A stretch of 64,000 nucleotides of DNA from an uncultured Candidatus Saccharibacteria bacterium. GTDB lineage: Bacteria > Patescibacteriota > Saccharimonadia > CAZBQI01. Below, piece after piece: positions 47,020 to 57,845 of the stretch; within the stretch, counting starts at the first letter, position 1, and every line of letters starts with the position of its first letter. Under the pieces are notes generated by a model. It saw nothing but the letters and a program-made list of their open reading frames with translations. It ran no database searches and was not told where the DNA came from. The stretch covers positions 3,126-67,125 of the forward strand of contig CAZBQI010000001.1 of assembly GCA_964494105.1 (NCBI GenBank). The letters are read 5' to 3'. The position numbers and the translations under genes were made by a program.

Positions 47020-48450
47020 ATGCAAGTTAACCCGAATATTTTTCGAGCGTATGACCTAAGGGGGTTAGTAGGCAAAGAGCTTTCGCCGGAACTCTCCGAA
47101 CACCTAGGCAAAGCTTTTGGCACCATGCTCAAGCGCGACGGCATTCATGAAGCGGTGGTGGGGCGTGATTCTCGTGAAACCGGCCCCGAGTACAGCGAGC
47201 GTTTGATAAAAGGACTATCGTGGGCAGGTATTGATGTAGTAGACATTGGTATGACCATGGTCGGCACATTTTATTGGTCTCAGCATTTTCTAAAGCGTCG
47301 TGGCGGTGTATACGTTAGTGCTTCGCATAATCCACCGGAATATAACGGCTATAAATTTGCCAACGACTATTCTGAGACTTTAGTGAGCGAAGGCATGCGC
47401 GAACTACGGCGCTTGGTTGAAACTGAACAGTACGAACAAGGCGAAAAAGAAGGGCAAGTAACCCAAAAGGACATCTTGCCAGATTATTCTGCTGACTTAG
47501 TAAAACGGCTACCGCTAGAGCGAAAGCTAAAAGTGCTAGTTGATGGCTCGAACACGGTTGGTGGGCAAATAGTGCCATACATTCTAAATGCGGCCGGGGC
47601 TGAAGTTGTAGAAAGACATACCAATGTGGACCCAGCCTTTCCGCTAGGAGTAGCTAACCCCATAGAAGATAAGGTAATGGAGCGAGTATCTAAGGAAACA
47701 CTTGGTGCCGGGGCAGACATTGGTTCTACCTACGACGCCGACGGCGACCGCATCGGAATTGTTGACGAAAAAGGCAATAAAATACTGAACGACGTATTAG
47801 TGGCATTGATGGCAGTAGACGTTTTAGCTGATCACCCCGGTGCTACCATAATGTTTAATACGCTTTGTTCCAAAGTTGTGAGCGAAACTATTTTAGCTAA
47901 CGGCGGCAAACCATTTATGTGGCGTACGGGGCACTCTTTCTTAAAGAAAAAGAATCAAGAAATAAAGGCAGCCTACATTGGTGAATTGAGTGGTCACTTC
48001 TTTTTCTCGGCTGATTTTTATAATCATGACGACGGAGCTTATTCCACCATGCGAGTTTTGCGCTTTTTGAGCCGTAATAAAAAGCCATTAAGCGAACTGA
48101 TAGCCGAGCTCCCTCACTATATTTCGAGCCCGGAGATTAGTGTGTATTGTGCCGACGAAAAGAAGGCCGAGCTAATGAGTAAGATTGCCCCAATACTGAA
48201 AAAGGATTTCCCTGAGGCGGAGATTATTGACGACGAGCGAGCGGGTGACGGCGTGCGCCTAGAGATGCCAAATCGGATGTTTATTGTGCGTTACTCACAG
48301 AATGGTCCATATATAACCATGAAATTCGAAGCTAAAACGCAAGCAGACTACGATAAGTTGAGAACGTACATTCTAGATTTGCTCAAACAGTTCGAAGAGA
48401 TCGACTGGGAAAACGATATCAATACAAATTTGGAGTATTTACAAGGCTAA
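47020..48450 (+). CDS. Phosphomannomutase/phosphoglucomutase
   Basis: IFRAYDLRG, SASHNP, DADGDR, GELSGH. Confidence 0.95.
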   Translation: MQVNPNIFRAYDLRGLVGKELSPELSEHLGKAFGTMLKRDGIHEAVVGRDSRETGPEYSERLIKGLSWAGIDVVDIGMTMVGTFYWSQHFLKRRGGVYVSASHNPPEYNGYKFANDYSETLVSEGMRELRRLVETEQYEQGEKEGQVTQKDILPDYSADLVKRLPLERKLKVLVDGSNTVGGQIVPYILNAAGAEVVERHTNVDPAFPLGVANPIEDKVMERVSKETLGAGADIGSTYDADGDRIGIVDEKGNKILNDVLVALMAVDVLADHPGATIMFNTLCSKVVSETILANGGKPFMWRTGHSFLKKKNQEIKAAYIGELSGHFFFSADFYNHDDGAYSTMRVLRFLSRNKKPLSELIAELPHYISSPEISVYCADEKKAELMSKIAPILKKDFPEAEIIDDERAGDGVRLEMPNRMFIVRYSQNGPYITMKFEAKTQADYDKLRTYILDLLKQFEEIDWENDINTNLEYLQG

Positions 48451-48504
48451 GTGCGCTTGCAAAAGTATTGCAAATAATAACAAAAAGTGCTATAATAGGC
48501 ACTT

Positions 48505-49161
48505 ATGACAGAATTATCAGAAATTGCACCACAACTTTCAGAGGAACTATTTCCCCAGTTTGAGTTTCCGATTGGCAAATTTCATACGTCTGCGAGGTGG
48601 TTATTTGATAATGTAGAGCAAATACCCTCTGAGGTTTTAGTTGAACTAGGAATATCACACACTGTCGATGATGGAATTGAGACTTTGAGTCTAGCCGCCA
48701 ATTTACCATACGAAAGCTATGGCAGATTAACATTCAGTGATTTGCCGAGGGTAGATAAATCACCAGATGCTGTAAAAATACCAGGAATGATTAAGGTAAG
48801 TCGTCCAGCTGGCGCCAATGACTTAAGTACGCTTCTAATTGATATCCGACGTCAAGATGGCGAACCAATGCCGACGGTACGATTTGAGCCAGTAGGTGAT
48901 GAAGCAATACACGCACTTGTGGTAGTGCGTGACGGGAAATTAATGCAAGTAGGCGCGCTTAACAAAAATGATGTACCGATACCGGTTGAATTCGATTGGC
49001 AAGATCCAAAGGCTGTTTTAGTTGGTGTGGGTACACTGTTTATGAAGCGTCAGCGTCAAATCGGTGAAGATTCGCGGGTGCCATTAAGTGTGCAAAAATC
49101 AGTATTTGATGGTAAGGGTAGAGTTGCCGGACTTAAGGTCAGGGATAGTCAGAGTGGCTAA
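48505..49161 (+). CDS. Hypothetical protein
   Basis: 218-aa ORF behind TTGCAA-17-TATAAT promoter. Confidence 0.6.
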   Translation: MTELSEIAPQLSEELFPQFEFPIGKFHTSARWLFDNVEQIPSEVLVELGISHTVDDGIETLSLAANLPYESYGRLTFSDLPRVDKSPDAVKIPGMIKVSRPAGANDLSTLLIDIRRQDGEPMPTVRFEPVGDEAIHALVVVRDGKLMQVGALNKNDVPIPVEFDWQDPKAVLVGVGTLFMKRQRQIGEDSRVPLSVQKSVFDGKGRVAGLKVRDSQSG

Positions 49162-49681
49162 TTCTCAGCACGTGCCAGTTGCATTCACGACAAACAATGA
49201 ACATGCAGCAGCCAAATTGAGTACAGAATTTCGTAATTTAGAGCTAGACCCAGATACGAGCACTGTGTTGTATGGTGAGTTTCGGCCGAGGGGCTTACTG
49301 GAAGTGATTCACCGCGTCAAAGCAAAAATAGCTAAACAGCCGGAAGTTCAGCTTTACCCGCTTCAGCCAAAGGACGGGGTTGTACCGCTGGGAGCGTTGG
49401 CAATTGACACCGGATGGTATAAAGATGACACGATGGCTGGCAAAAATATGGAGCGCAACCTACTAAAGCTGAGTGAGACTAGTAAGGGTTTGGCCGTAAT
49501 CGACGAGGACGGAATTATTATTGGTTTTGATGCATTGGCACTTTATGATTTAAGCGAGGCTATTCATGATGGCGTGCCTGTGGCCGGTATTAATAGGAGT
49601 GTAAAAGTAATTGACGATTACTTAAGTAGAACTCCGCTTGGCGAAGAGTCGCTAGCACACCAGTTTGCATTATTGGAATAG
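49088..49681 (+). CDS. Hypothetical protein (start uncertain, probably near 49154)
   Basis: ORF overlapping the previous stop. Confidence 0.5.
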   Translation: MCKNQYLMVRVELPDLRSGIVRVANSQHVPVAFTTNNEHAAAKLSTEFRNLELDPDTSTVLYGEFRPRGLLEVIHRVKAKIAKQPEVQLYPLQPKDGVVPLGALAIDTGWYKDDTMAGKNMERNLLKLSETSKGLAVIDEDGIIIGFDALALYDLSEAIHDGVPVAGINRSVKVIDDYLSRTPLGEESLAHQFALLE

Positions 49682-49731
49682 AATTGACCGATAAGTAAAA
49701 AGACTAAATTAGCCAGCTAGACAGATTATAT

Positions 49732-50304
49732 TTATGCAGTTTGTATCGTTGTTGCGCTGTCAATTTGGCTTGCTTGATAAGTTATTTCCGCGTCCCACAA
49801 AACTTGCAAAACGGCCCCGTATACGTACGTTGCTTTAGGGATTGCCTCTCCCTCTTTCTTCATCAGCAATTCGTAAGGAATTGGGTTGGCCATGTTGTGC
49901 ATGACATCAGCTATTTTTGTCCGGCGAGCCAGAGTATTGGTGCTTAGCCGATTTATATAAGAGAAATACTCTTCGCGCGTGCCTTGGCCATCGATGTCTT
50001 CTCTTCGCGTAAGACAGTCAAGCGCATCCAGCACCTCTGTAGATACACCAATATCTTTTAACCAGCCTATGTATTCGCTGGGTTTTTTGTGATGCTCGGG
50101 CGCATCGTGTAGTAGTGAAGTTGCAGTAATCAATTCCGCTTCTTCTGGCGTAAATAAATCTCCAAAAAGCCCCGATGCAATCCTGGCTACTTCCTCGACG
50201 TGGGTAATGTAGGGAGTACCCGAAAGTCGCTCTTGACCGTCATGGGCTATATTGGCAATAGCATGTGCCCGCTCAACTTGGGGTGGCGTAAAAGTTCGCC
50301 TCAT
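49732..50304 (-). CDS. HD-domain protein, small alarmone hydrolase (Mesh1/SpoT-HD-like)
   Basis: AHDGQERLSGTPYITH..EV, LLHD, LTR, KIAD..HN. Confidence 0.82.
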   Translation of the reverse strand: MRRTFTPPQVERAHAIANIAHDGQERLSGTPYITHVEEVARIASGLFGDLFTPEEAELITATSLLHDAPEHHKKPSEYIGWLKDIGVSTEVLDALDCLTRREDIDGQGTREEYFSYINRLSTNTLARRTKIADVMHNMANPIPYELLMKKEGEAIPKATYVYGAVLQVLWDAEITYQASQIDSATTIQTA

Positions 50305-50369
50305 AAGGGCACCTTTCTTAATTAATTATATAATTATACAATAAGTAAGATTTGTCAATTCAATAGATA

Positions 50370-50398
50370 TTGACACAAAACTCTTAGCTAGCTAGTAT
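50370..50398 (+). promoter_or_regulatory. Sigma70-type promoter of groESL
   Basis: TTGACA-17 nt-TAGTAT. Confidence 0.7.
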
Positions 50399-50409
50399 AT
50401 TTATACAAA

Positions 50410-50436
50410 TTAGCACTTCGCACGGTAGAGTGCTAA
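50410..50436 (+). promoter_or_regulatory. CIRCE element (HrcA operator)
   Basis: TTAGCACTT-N9-GAGTGCTAA upstream of groES (one mismatch to consensus). Confidence 0.9.
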
Positions 50437-50473
50437 AATATTCATAAGATAAATTGTAAATGAAGGAGTTAAA

Positions 50474-50731
50474 GTGAGTAAAATTCACCCATTAGCTGAC
50501 CGCATTGTGGCTGAACCACTAGAGGCCAGCGACAAAACAAGTTCTGGTATTTATTTGCCAAGCGACGCTAAGGAACAGCCAAAATTGGCAAAAGTCGTAG
50601 CAGTTGGCAAAGAAGTAAAGGAAATCAAAATTGGCGATACTATATTGCACAGTGAATACTCTACAAGCAAGGTCGAAGGCCGAGAGTATGTAATTGCCAA
50701 AGAAAAAGAAATATTAGCGGTAGTTAAATAA
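50474..50731 (+). CDS. groES: Co-chaperonin GroES
   Basis: IHPLADRI, TSSGIYLP, VVAVG, EILAVV. Confidence 0.95.
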   Translation: MSKIHPLADRIVAEPLEASDKTSSGIYLPSDAKEQPKLAKVVAVGKEVKEIKIGDTILHSEYSTSKVEGREYVIAKEKEILAVVK

Positions 50732-50742
50732 GGAGATTGCAA

Positions 50743-52410
50743 ATGGCTGGAAAGAAGATCTTTTATAACGATGATGCTCGCAAGCGAGTACTCGAGGGTG
50801 CCGAGGCACTGTACAATGCAGTAAAAGTAACAATGGGCCCCAAGGGTCGAAACGTTATTATCAACAAAAGCTATGGCAGTCCTACGGTTAGCCATGATGG
50901 CGTAACCGTGGCTAAGGCTGTAGAAATTGAACAAAAAGACGATGAAAAATTAGGCCAAAGTGTTGGGGCAGAGCTAGTAAAGCAGGCTGCCAGCAAAATG
51001 AACGACGTAGCAGGCGATGGTACAACTACCGTAACAGTACTGACATATCATATCTTGGCCGAAGCGAACCGCTTAATTGCTGCCGGACATAATCCGATGG
51101 ATTTGCGCCGTGGTTTAGACCAGGCAGCCAAGCACGTCATGACTAAAATTGGTGGACTAACCGAACAAGTTGGTAACAACAAATCGCGAGTTGCCGAAGT
51201 TGCCACCATTTCGTCTGGTGACAAGCAGATTGGTGAGCTGATTGCTGATGTTATCGATAAGGTTGGAAAAGAAGGCGTTGTAACTGTCGAAGAGTCACAA
51301 GGGCTCGAAATGGAAAGCGAAGTAGTAGAAGGCTTTACGATGGACCGCGGGTTCGTTTCGCCCTACATGGTAACTGATGCTGCCCGCATGGAAGCCGTTT
51401 ATGATAAGCCATTAATCTTGGTAACCGATAAAAAGATTTCAAGTGTCCAAGAGTTTTTGCCGATTCTAGAAAAAGCTGCTCAAAGTGGCAAGAAGGATTT
51501 GGTAATAATTGCCGAAGACGTAGAGGGCGAGGCACTGGCTACCTTAATTTTGAATAAGCTCAAAGGCGTATTCAACGCACTGGCAGTGAAGGCTCCGGCC
51601 TTTGGCGATAGGCGCAAAGAGATGCTAGAAGACATTGCCATCTTAACTGGTGCAACATTGATCTCGGAAGAGCGTGGTGAGAGTTTTGAAAACGCCGACC
51701 TTAGCGCGCTTGGAACAGCTCGAAAGCTGATTGCCGACAAAGACAACACGACCATTATTGAAGGCGCCGGCCAAAAGAGCGAGATTGAAGCTCGAATGGC
51801 TCAGATTCGTAAGCAAATCGAAACTGCAACCAGTGAATACGACAAAGAAAACCTTGAAAAGCGCCTAGCTGCTCTGCAGGGCAAAGTGGCTGTAATCCGT
51901 GTTGGTGGTGCTAGTGAAACTGAGATCGAAGAAAAGAAATTCCGCGTCGATGACGCCGTAGCTGCTACTAAAGCGGCAGTTGCCGAAGGCATTGTAGCCG
52001 GTGGTGCAGTTACGCTTGTAGACCTAGCGAGGTTAATAACACCGGAATCTCAAACCGGAAGCAGTGAAGCTGCCGGATGGTCGCTTCTTCACAATGCGCT
52101 ACTACAGCCATTTAAGCAGTTAATGGACAACTCTGGGCTAAACGCCGAAGAGAAATTGGCCAAGGTGCTTGAAAGCAAGAAAAATGGCCAGGGATTTGAC
52201 GTAAATAACCCCGGCGTTTTAGTGGCCTTGAAAGATAAGGGTATTATTGACCCGGCCAAAGTTATAAAAGAAGCGATTCAAAATGCCGTATCGGTCGCGG
52301 GTACTGCCATGACCATGGGTGGTCTAATAGTTGACCTACCCGAAGAGCCGTCAGCCGCCGGTGGTGGTATGCCAGGTGGTGGTATGGGTGGAATGGGCAT
52401 GGGAATGTAG
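50743..52410 (+). CDS. groEL: Chaperonin GroEL
   Basis: [29 protein letters not shown] tail. Confidence 0.98.
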   Translation: MAGKKIFYNDDARKRVLEGAEALYNAVKVTMGPKGRNVIINKSYGSPTVSHDGVTVAKAVEIEQKDDEKLGQSVGAELVKQAASKMNDVAGDGTTTVTVLTYHILAEANRLIAAGHNPMDLRRGLDQAAKHVMTKIGGLTEQVGNNKSRVAEVATISSGDKQIGELIADVIDKVGKEGVVTVEESQGLEMESEVVEGFTMDRGFVSPYMVTDAARMEAVYDKPLILVTDKKISSVQEFLPILEKAAQSGKKDLVIIAEDVEGEALATLILNKLKGVFNALAVKAPAFGDRRKEMLEDIAILTGATLISEERGESFENADLSALGTARKLIADKDNTTIIEGAGQKSEIEARMAQIRKQIETATSEYDKENLEKRLAALQGKVAVIRVGGASETEIEEKKFRVDDAVAATKAAVAEGIVAGGAVTLVDLARLITPESQTGSSEAAGWSLLHNALLQPFKQLMDNSGLNAEEKLAKVLESKKNGQGFDVNNPGVLVALKDKGIIDPAKVIKEAIQNAVSVAGTAMTMGGLIVDLPEEPSAAGGGMPGGGMGGMGMGM

Positions 52411-52431
52411 CCCAGCAAAAATAAAGAAATG

Positions 52432-52451
52432 CCTGCTTGCCGGCAGGCAGG
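52432..52451. repeat. Short REP-like palindrome
   Basis: CCTGCTTGCCGGCAGGCAGG. Confidence 0.5.
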
Positions 52452-52486
52452 GCTCCACCTATTCGACAGGCTCAAGGCAAGCCTAT

Positions 52487-52521
52487 AAAAAACCCCGGCC
52501 AAAATAGCCGGGGTTTTTTTT
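52487..52521. terminator. Bidirectional intrinsic terminator after groEL
   Basis: A6-CCCCGGC-CAAAATA-GCCGGGG-T8. Confidence 0.85.
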
Positions 52522-52536
52522 GCGATAAGCTAGGTG

Positions 52537-53223
52537 TTATTTAGAGCTACCGTCTACAACTGCCCTGAGGGCGGAAACCTTTTTGTCGATCTCTTCTTTG
52601 CGCGCCTTGTGGCCGTCAATTTCTGTTTGAAGCTCTTTAATTTTCTCTTCGCTATTGTTTATTTCGGTATCTAGACCCTCGGCCTCATTTGCAAGCCGCG
52701 TAATCAGGTCGTTAACTTCACGGTCAACATCTTCTACTACTTCGTTGTTACTAGGTTCACTAACAGGTTCGGGTTCGTCAGGGGAATCCATTGCTGGTTC
52801 CTCATCTTTTTCTGGTTCTTCATCTGTTTTGATGTCGATTGTAGCGGGGGAATCTTCTTCTTTGGGTTCGTCATTTACAGCGGTTAGCTCTTCTTCGTGC
52901 TCATTATTGTCGCTTAGTACGTCGTCGTGAATTACCGGCTCTACTGAATCGGTAGCTTCTTCGTCGTCTTGATGAGGATGAATAATGGTAGGGCCATCAC
53001 CACTAAGGGTTGTTGAAGGATCATCGGCAGTAATGTCGTCCATGTTGGGCTGGTCGGTGCCATTAGTAGTAGCACCGGCTTGACCCTCGGGGATGTCGAC
53101 ATCCTCTAATAGGTCCTTGATGTTCTCTTCTTTGCCGGCTACGTCATTATGTTCGTCTTGATCATCTACCGCTGGGTCAGTAGTAGGTTGTGCGGGTGTT
53201 TTGTTTCTTCCAAATAATGCCAT
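52537..53223 (-). CDS. Acidic disordered protein with C-terminal coiled coil
   Basis: D/E/P-rich; start MALFGRNK after TATAGT -10 box. Confidence 0.7.
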   Translation of the reverse strand: MALFGRNKTPAQPTTDPAVDDQDEHNDVAGKEENIKDLLEDVDIPEGQAGATTNGTDQPNMDDITADDPSTTLSGDGPTIIHPHQDDEEATDSVEPVIHDDVLSDNNEHEEELTAVNDEPKEEDSPATIDIKTDEEPEKDEEPAMDSPDEPEPVSEPSNNEVVEDVDREVNDLITRLANEAEGLDTEINNSEEKIKELQTEIDGHKARKEEIDKKVSALRAVVDGSSK

Positions 53224-53369
53224 GCATATACTATAACAAAGCTTATGTTTATTAGTCACTACCTTTTTTGGTTTTTTGCCTAATATTGACTAAATATGGG
53301 TTGACTATGAAGCAAGTGCAAGTTAAAAATACAGATAGAACATCAATAATAATCTAAACAAGGAAATAC

Positions 53370-53702
53370 ATGGCAAGTACCGATGCAATTCCGAACCCAA
53401 GTGACGAACTGGGAGGGTTGCTATCTGTTGATGGTGCAAGCGCCACCCCGCCATCAGAAATTATCGAAGCTGCGCAAGCAGTTCTAGGATATAGCATATC
53501 TCATGGATCTGAAGAAGCGGAAGACATAGCCTGGGGTTTAGTCGTGAGTGAATTAGTTAGGGCTGATACACCCGATCCAGACCACACAGAACGGATAGCT
53601 CTTAGGGCTGATGGCGCGATGAGTAGTTATCTTGGTCTTATAATGGCGTCACGCTTTGAAAGGTTTGTTATTATCGACCCTGCAGCGCGTTATGCTGATT
53701 AA
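53370..53702 (+). CDS. Hypothetical protein
   Basis: 110-aa ORF with AAGGA RBS. Confidence 0.5.
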   Translation: MASTDAIPNPSDELGGLLSVDGASATPPSEIIEAAQAVLGYSISHGSEEAEDIAWGLVVSELVRADTPDPDHTERIALRADGAMSSYLGLIMASRFERFVIIDPAARYAD

Positions 53703-53733
53703 AAATAGTAAAAATTTAGTATACTAAAGCCTA

Positions 53734-54768
53734 GTGTTAGACGATCTTAATTATATTGCTCAAAAAGACCCTACAGATGCATTAGCTTTAGCAGCTGAGC
53801 TGCCTAAGCAACTTCTTTATAGTGATTTCGAATTTAATCCCACTGATATAGATCAGATTGAAAATATAGTGGTTGCAGGAATGGGTGGCTCTGCACTGAC
53901 AGCCATGATTTGCCAAGCCTGGTGGGCAAGCCGGCTAGGCGTACCTTACGAAATCGTTCGTGGCTATGATTTACCAAAGTATGTTGGCAAAAGCACATTG
54001 GTAATTGCCTCTAGCTACTCGGGTAATACCGAAGAAACCGTTGCTTGCTTTAATCAAGCTCAAAGCCTGGGCGCTACTATTGTAGTAATTTCTGCCGGCG
54101 GTAAATTGAAAGAACTTGCCACACAGCATGGTCACAACTTCTTGCCGTTACCGGCTGGTTATCAGCCACGTATGACAATCGGGCTAAGTTTGTCAGTTTT
54201 TGCCCGTGTATTTGAAAAGCTTGGATTGGTGTCTGGCGTAGTGAGCGAACTAGAACAAGCCTCAAAATTACTGGAATCGTACACTAGCAAATGGTCAAAA
54301 GAGGTAAAAACTGCCGAGAACCCAGCTAAACACCTTGCCGAAGAACTTATGGGTAAAAGTATGGTTATCTACGCTGGGCCAACGCTCACCCCGGCTGCCT
54401 ATAAAATGAAAGCCGGATTTAACGAAAGCGCGCGCAATGTGGCTTTTTGGAATATGTTGCCAGAAATGAATCACCAGGAACTTATGGGCTGGACATCGCA
54501 CCCCATAGATAAGCCATTTGGGGTGATCGAGCTGCGTTCTAGCCTCGACCACGAGCGAGTCAATAAGCGGTTTGAGGTAATGAATAAACTACTTTCTGGG
54601 CGAATGCCCAGGCCATTCGAGGTCCAGGTTGAAGGTAAAAACTTAATTGAGCAAAATTTGTGGGCGATTATGTTTGGTGATTTTGTTAGCACTTATTTAG
54701 GCATCCTAAATGGCGTAAACCCAAATACATCAGAGACCATCGAGAAGTTTAAGAAAGAACTTGGATGA
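53734..54768 (+). CDS. Bifunctional phosphoglucose/phosphomannose isomerase
   Basis: GMGGS, SSYSGNTEET, QPR, NESA, LPEMNH. Confidence 0.93.
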   Translation: MLDDLNYIAQKDPTDALALAAELPKQLLYSDFEFNPTDIDQIENIVVAGMGGSALTAMICQAWWASRLGVPYEIVRGYDLPKYVGKSTLVIASSYSGNTEETVACFNQAQSLGATIVVISAGGKLKELATQHGHNFLPLPAGYQPRMTIGLSLSVFARVFEKLGLVSGVVSELEQASKLLESYTSKWSKEVKTAENPAKHLAEELMGKSMVIYAGPTLTPAAYKMKAGFNESARNVAFWNMLPEMNHQELMGWTSHPIDKPFGVIELRSSLDHERVNKRFEVMNKLLSGRMPRPFEVQVEGKNLIEQNLWAIMFGDFVSTYLGILNGVNPNTSETIEKFKKELG

Positions 54769-54855
54769 GTCCCGTTAGAAATAAACAATTTTATGTTCAA
54801 TTATTAGGTTTTCACTCAATTGAAAATTATCAGGGTGAAAGGAATTTCTAACGGG

Positions 54856-55296
54856 ATGAGCGACCAGGTGCCTCAATTTGACCCAAAAGATTTTTCGACT
54901 AAGTCGTATGTAAAACGGGTAGAAAAGCCGTGGGGCTATGAGCTGCACTGGGTGCCTGAGGGTAAACCGTACATGGGTAAAATTGAACATATTAGCGCTG
55001 GAGCGCGAATGTCGTTGCAGGTTCACGACCAAAAACAGGAAAGCTGGTTTATGATGAGCGGTAAAGCCAAGGTAGTTTGGGAGGATGACACCGGTAAAAT
55101 GGTAGAGACAGAGCTTGAGCCAGGGAACGGTTACTCAACTGCAGTTGGGCAAAAGCACCGCTTGGTAGGAATTACCGACTGCGACATTATTGAGGTTTCA
55201 ACGCCAGAGCTCGGTACAACCTGGCGCCTAGAAGACGATTATGAGCGACCGAATGAAACCCCGGAACAACGTAAAAAGGAACGGGGAGAAGAATGA
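54856..55296 (+). CDS. Cupin (mannose-6-phosphate isomerase type II-like)
   Basis: VEKPWGYE, SLQVH..KQE, KHRL, EVSTPE, RLEDDY.R. Confidence 0.85.
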   Translation: MSDQVPQFDPKDFSTKSYVKRVEKPWGYELHWVPEGKPYMGKIEHISAGARMSLQVHDQKQESWFMMSGKAKVVWEDDTGKMVETELEPGNGYSTAVGQKHRLVGITDCDIIEVSTPELGTTWRLEDDYERPNETPEQRKKERGEE

Positions 55297-55784
55297 AGCT
55301 TGAAATAGACGTTGAACTGGTAAAACCAACAGTTATTTATGCCATTGGTGCACCCGGCTGTGGCAAGACTACCAGGTTAAAACCGTATGCCACTGAGATA
55401 AATGCAACCTATCTAAACCCGGACGAAATTCGCAAGTGGGTACTAGACGACGAGTTTGATCGCACTGACGACACGCTAGTGTGGGATATTCTTAATTCCA
55501 GCGTAAAACTTGCCCTCAAAGCTGGTCGACATGTAATTATTGATGCTAAAAACAGCGATCCACATTACCGCCAACAAGACGTAAATAACTACAAAACATA
55601 TGGCGCCAAGAAGATCGTGGCAGTGTTCTTCAACCGCAAGCTAGATGAATGTCTAGCCAATAATGCCGAGCGAGCCCACCCTGTACCCGCTAGAGACTTA
55701 AAAAACGTACACGAAATCTTGCAAACAACACCGCCGTCTAAAAATGAGGGTTTTGACGAAGTTATTCAGCCAGATTTGTCTTAA
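55293..55784 (+). CDS. AAA_33 / polynucleotide kinase-like P-loop protein
   Basis: GAPGCGKTT, DEIR, VIIDA.N, C...N..R, EGFD. Confidence 0.8.
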   Translation: MKLEIDVELVKPTVIYAIGAPGCGKTTRLKPYATEINATYLNPDEIRKWVLDDEFDRTDDTLVWDILNSSVKLALKAGRHVIIDAKNSDPHYRQQDVNNYKTYGAKKIVAVFFNRKLDECLANNAERAHPVPARDLKNVHEILQTTPPSKNEGFDEVIQPDLS

Positions 55785-55787
55785 TAG

Positions 55788-57008
55788 TCACTCGTAACGA
55801 AGCGCTTCGATCGGGTTTTTGCGAGCAGCTTTTATGGCCGGAGCCATTCCAAACACAACCCCCACAACGGTAGAGACACTCACAGCAATCACAAAGGCAT
55901 TTGCGTTAAAAATGGGCGTTATGTCGGTAGTGGCTTTAACAATTATCGAAAGGCCAAAAGATGCAAGCACTCCGAGCAGGCCACCAAAAAGGCTTAATAC
56001 GACGGCCTCAATTAAAAACTGCCCCAAGATCTGACGGTTACTAGCCCCAATTGCTTTGCGCACACCGATTTCGCGAGTTCTCTCGGTCACGCTAACGAGC
56101 ATAATATTCATAATGCCAATGCCACCGACAAACAGAGATATTGCGGCGATGGCGGCTACAAAACTAGTAAGTATGTTTAGAATGCTTTCGAATATTTTTA
56201 ACTGATCATCGGCTGTAAGTACGGTGAAGTCTTCTTGCCCGCCATGTAGTGTTTTTAGGTCTTGACGAATGGCTGATACGACCCCGCCAACAGCTTGTGG
56301 TGTAGCGGCAGTAGCATCAATTTCCATTATGTTAGCAACGCCACCGTTGAGCGCCTTACCGGTTTCGAACGGCAGGTATATGGCATCGCCGAAAGAAGGT
56401 CCAAAGTTTAAGCCACCTTCTTTTTCGGGTTCCATAACACCGACCACGATGAACTCAGTGTTGCGAATAAGGACTGTTTTACCAAGTGGTTTGCCGTCGG
56501 GGAATAATTGCTTGGCGATATTGGAACCCAGGGTGACTGTTTTGGTATCGCCATCTTGCAAAAATCGCCCTTCGCCTACTTTACGATTCACAATGGTAAT
56601 GGTTTCTGGTTGGGTGGCAATTACAAATGCGTTTTCGGCTTTTTGGTTGCCGGCGGTTGGTACGCCCGAGATAATCATCATAGGCGCGGCAGCGGTTACC
56701 CCAGGTATTTGTTTTACTTTGGCAACATCGGCTTCTGTAAGCGTAGAAGCGCCTAAGCTAGCGGCAAAATTAAACCCTGTGGAGTTGCCTTCCTCGTCGG
56801 TGGTGACTGATTTGCCCGGATTAACCTGAATCAAGTTAGCCCCAAAGCCGGATACCTGATTAGATACTTCGTTCTTGACTCCACCGCCAATGGCAATAAC
56901 CGTAACAACCGAGCTAACACCGATAATAATGCCTAACATTGTTAAAAATGAGCGCATTTTGGCGTGTCGGAGGCTAGTTAACGCCATTCCCAGGTTTTTG
57001 AGTATCAT
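55788..57008 (-). CDS. ABC transporter permease (MacB/FtsX family)
   Basis: RSFLTMLGIIIGV, GGIGIMNIMLVSVTERTREIGVRKAIGA, PIEALRYE. Confidence 0.95.
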   Translation of the reverse strand: MILKNLGMALTSLRHAKMRSFLTMLGIIIGVSSVVTVIAIGGGVKNEVSNQVSGFGANLIQVNPGKSVTTDEEGNSTGFNFAASLGASTLTEADVAKVKQIPGVTAAAPMMIISGVPTAGNQKAENAFVIATQPETITIVNRKVGEGRFLQDGDTKTVTLGSNIAKQLFPDGKPLGKTVLIRNTEFIVVGVMEPEKEGGLNFGPSFGDAIYLPFETGKALNGGVANIMEIDATAATPQAVGGVVSAIRQDLKTLHGGQEDFTVLTADDQLKIFESILNILTSFVAAIAAISLFVGGIGIMNIMLVSVTERTREIGVRKAIGASNRQILGQFLIEAVVLSLFGGLLGVLASFGLSIIVKATTDITPIFNANAFVIAVSVSTVVGVVFGMAPAIKAARKNPIEALRYE

Positions 57009-57760
57009 TTGGCTTTCCTTTTAGTTGTTGATCTAGATCTTTTGCGCGTTGGGGTTTTTCGTGTGGTTGTTCGGGCGGTGTTTTGGCTACCTAGAATTCG
57101 GCCGTCTTTAAGTCGGATTATGCGTCCGGCTTGGCGAGCCAAAGTAGCATCATGTGTCACGAGGATGATGGTTGTTCCCTGATCATTCAATCGCTTTAGT
57201 ACGCGCATTACCATCGCACCGTTTTTGCTATCAAGGTTACCGGTGGGTTCGTCGGCTAGTAGCAAACTTGGTTGATTCGCCAATGACCGAGCTATTGCCA
57301 CCCGTTGCATCTCTCCGCCGGAGAGCTGGCTAGGGCGGTATTTCATTCTTTTTTCTAAGCGTACAATTTTGAGTAATTTGCCCGAGCGAATCCGGCGTTG
57401 TTTACGGCGGAAACGGTTGTACATCATTGGTAGCTCTACATTTGCCCTGGCCGTTAGGCGCCCTAGTAGGTTGAAGTTTTGAAATACGAAACCAATTTCT
57501 TGTCGTCGAAGTTTGGCTAGGGCTTTTTCTTTGAGCGGGTTAACGTGTGTGTCATTTAGGTGGTAGCTACCGGTGGTAGGCCGGTCTAGCAGGCCAATAA
57601 TGTTCATAAGAGTTGTTTTGCCGGAACCGCTGGCGCCAGTAATAGCAACAAATTCACCGGGCTTAATTGAAAGCTTCACATTGCGCAGTACTTGAGTGGC
57701 AGCGCTGCCTTTGCCATAAGTCTTGCCGATACCCTCTAATTTAATAAGAGCTTTTGCCAT
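57005..57760 (-). CDS. ABC transporter ATP-binding protein (LolD/MacB type)
   Basis: GASGSGKTT, LSGGEMQRVAIAR, ADEPTGNLD. Confidence 0.95.
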   Translation of the reverse strand: MAKALIKLEGIGKTYGKGSAATQVLRNVKLSIKPGEFVAITGASGSGKTTLMNIIGLLDRPTTGSYHLNDTHVNPLKEKALAKLRRQEIGFVFQNFNLLGRLTARANVELPMMYNRFRRKQRRIRSGKLLKIVRLEKRMKYRPSQLSGGEMQRVAIARSLANQPSLLLADEPTGNLDSKNGAMVMRVLKRLNDQGTTIILVTHDATLARQAGRIIRLKDGRILGSQNTARTTTRKTPTRKRSRSTTKRKAK

Positions 57761-57845
57761 AGTGCTATTAAGTTTAGCAGAGAATACTCGTAAATATTAC
57801 AAGATTTATAAGAGTTGAAGAGTTTTTGGATTAGCTTAGATGTAA

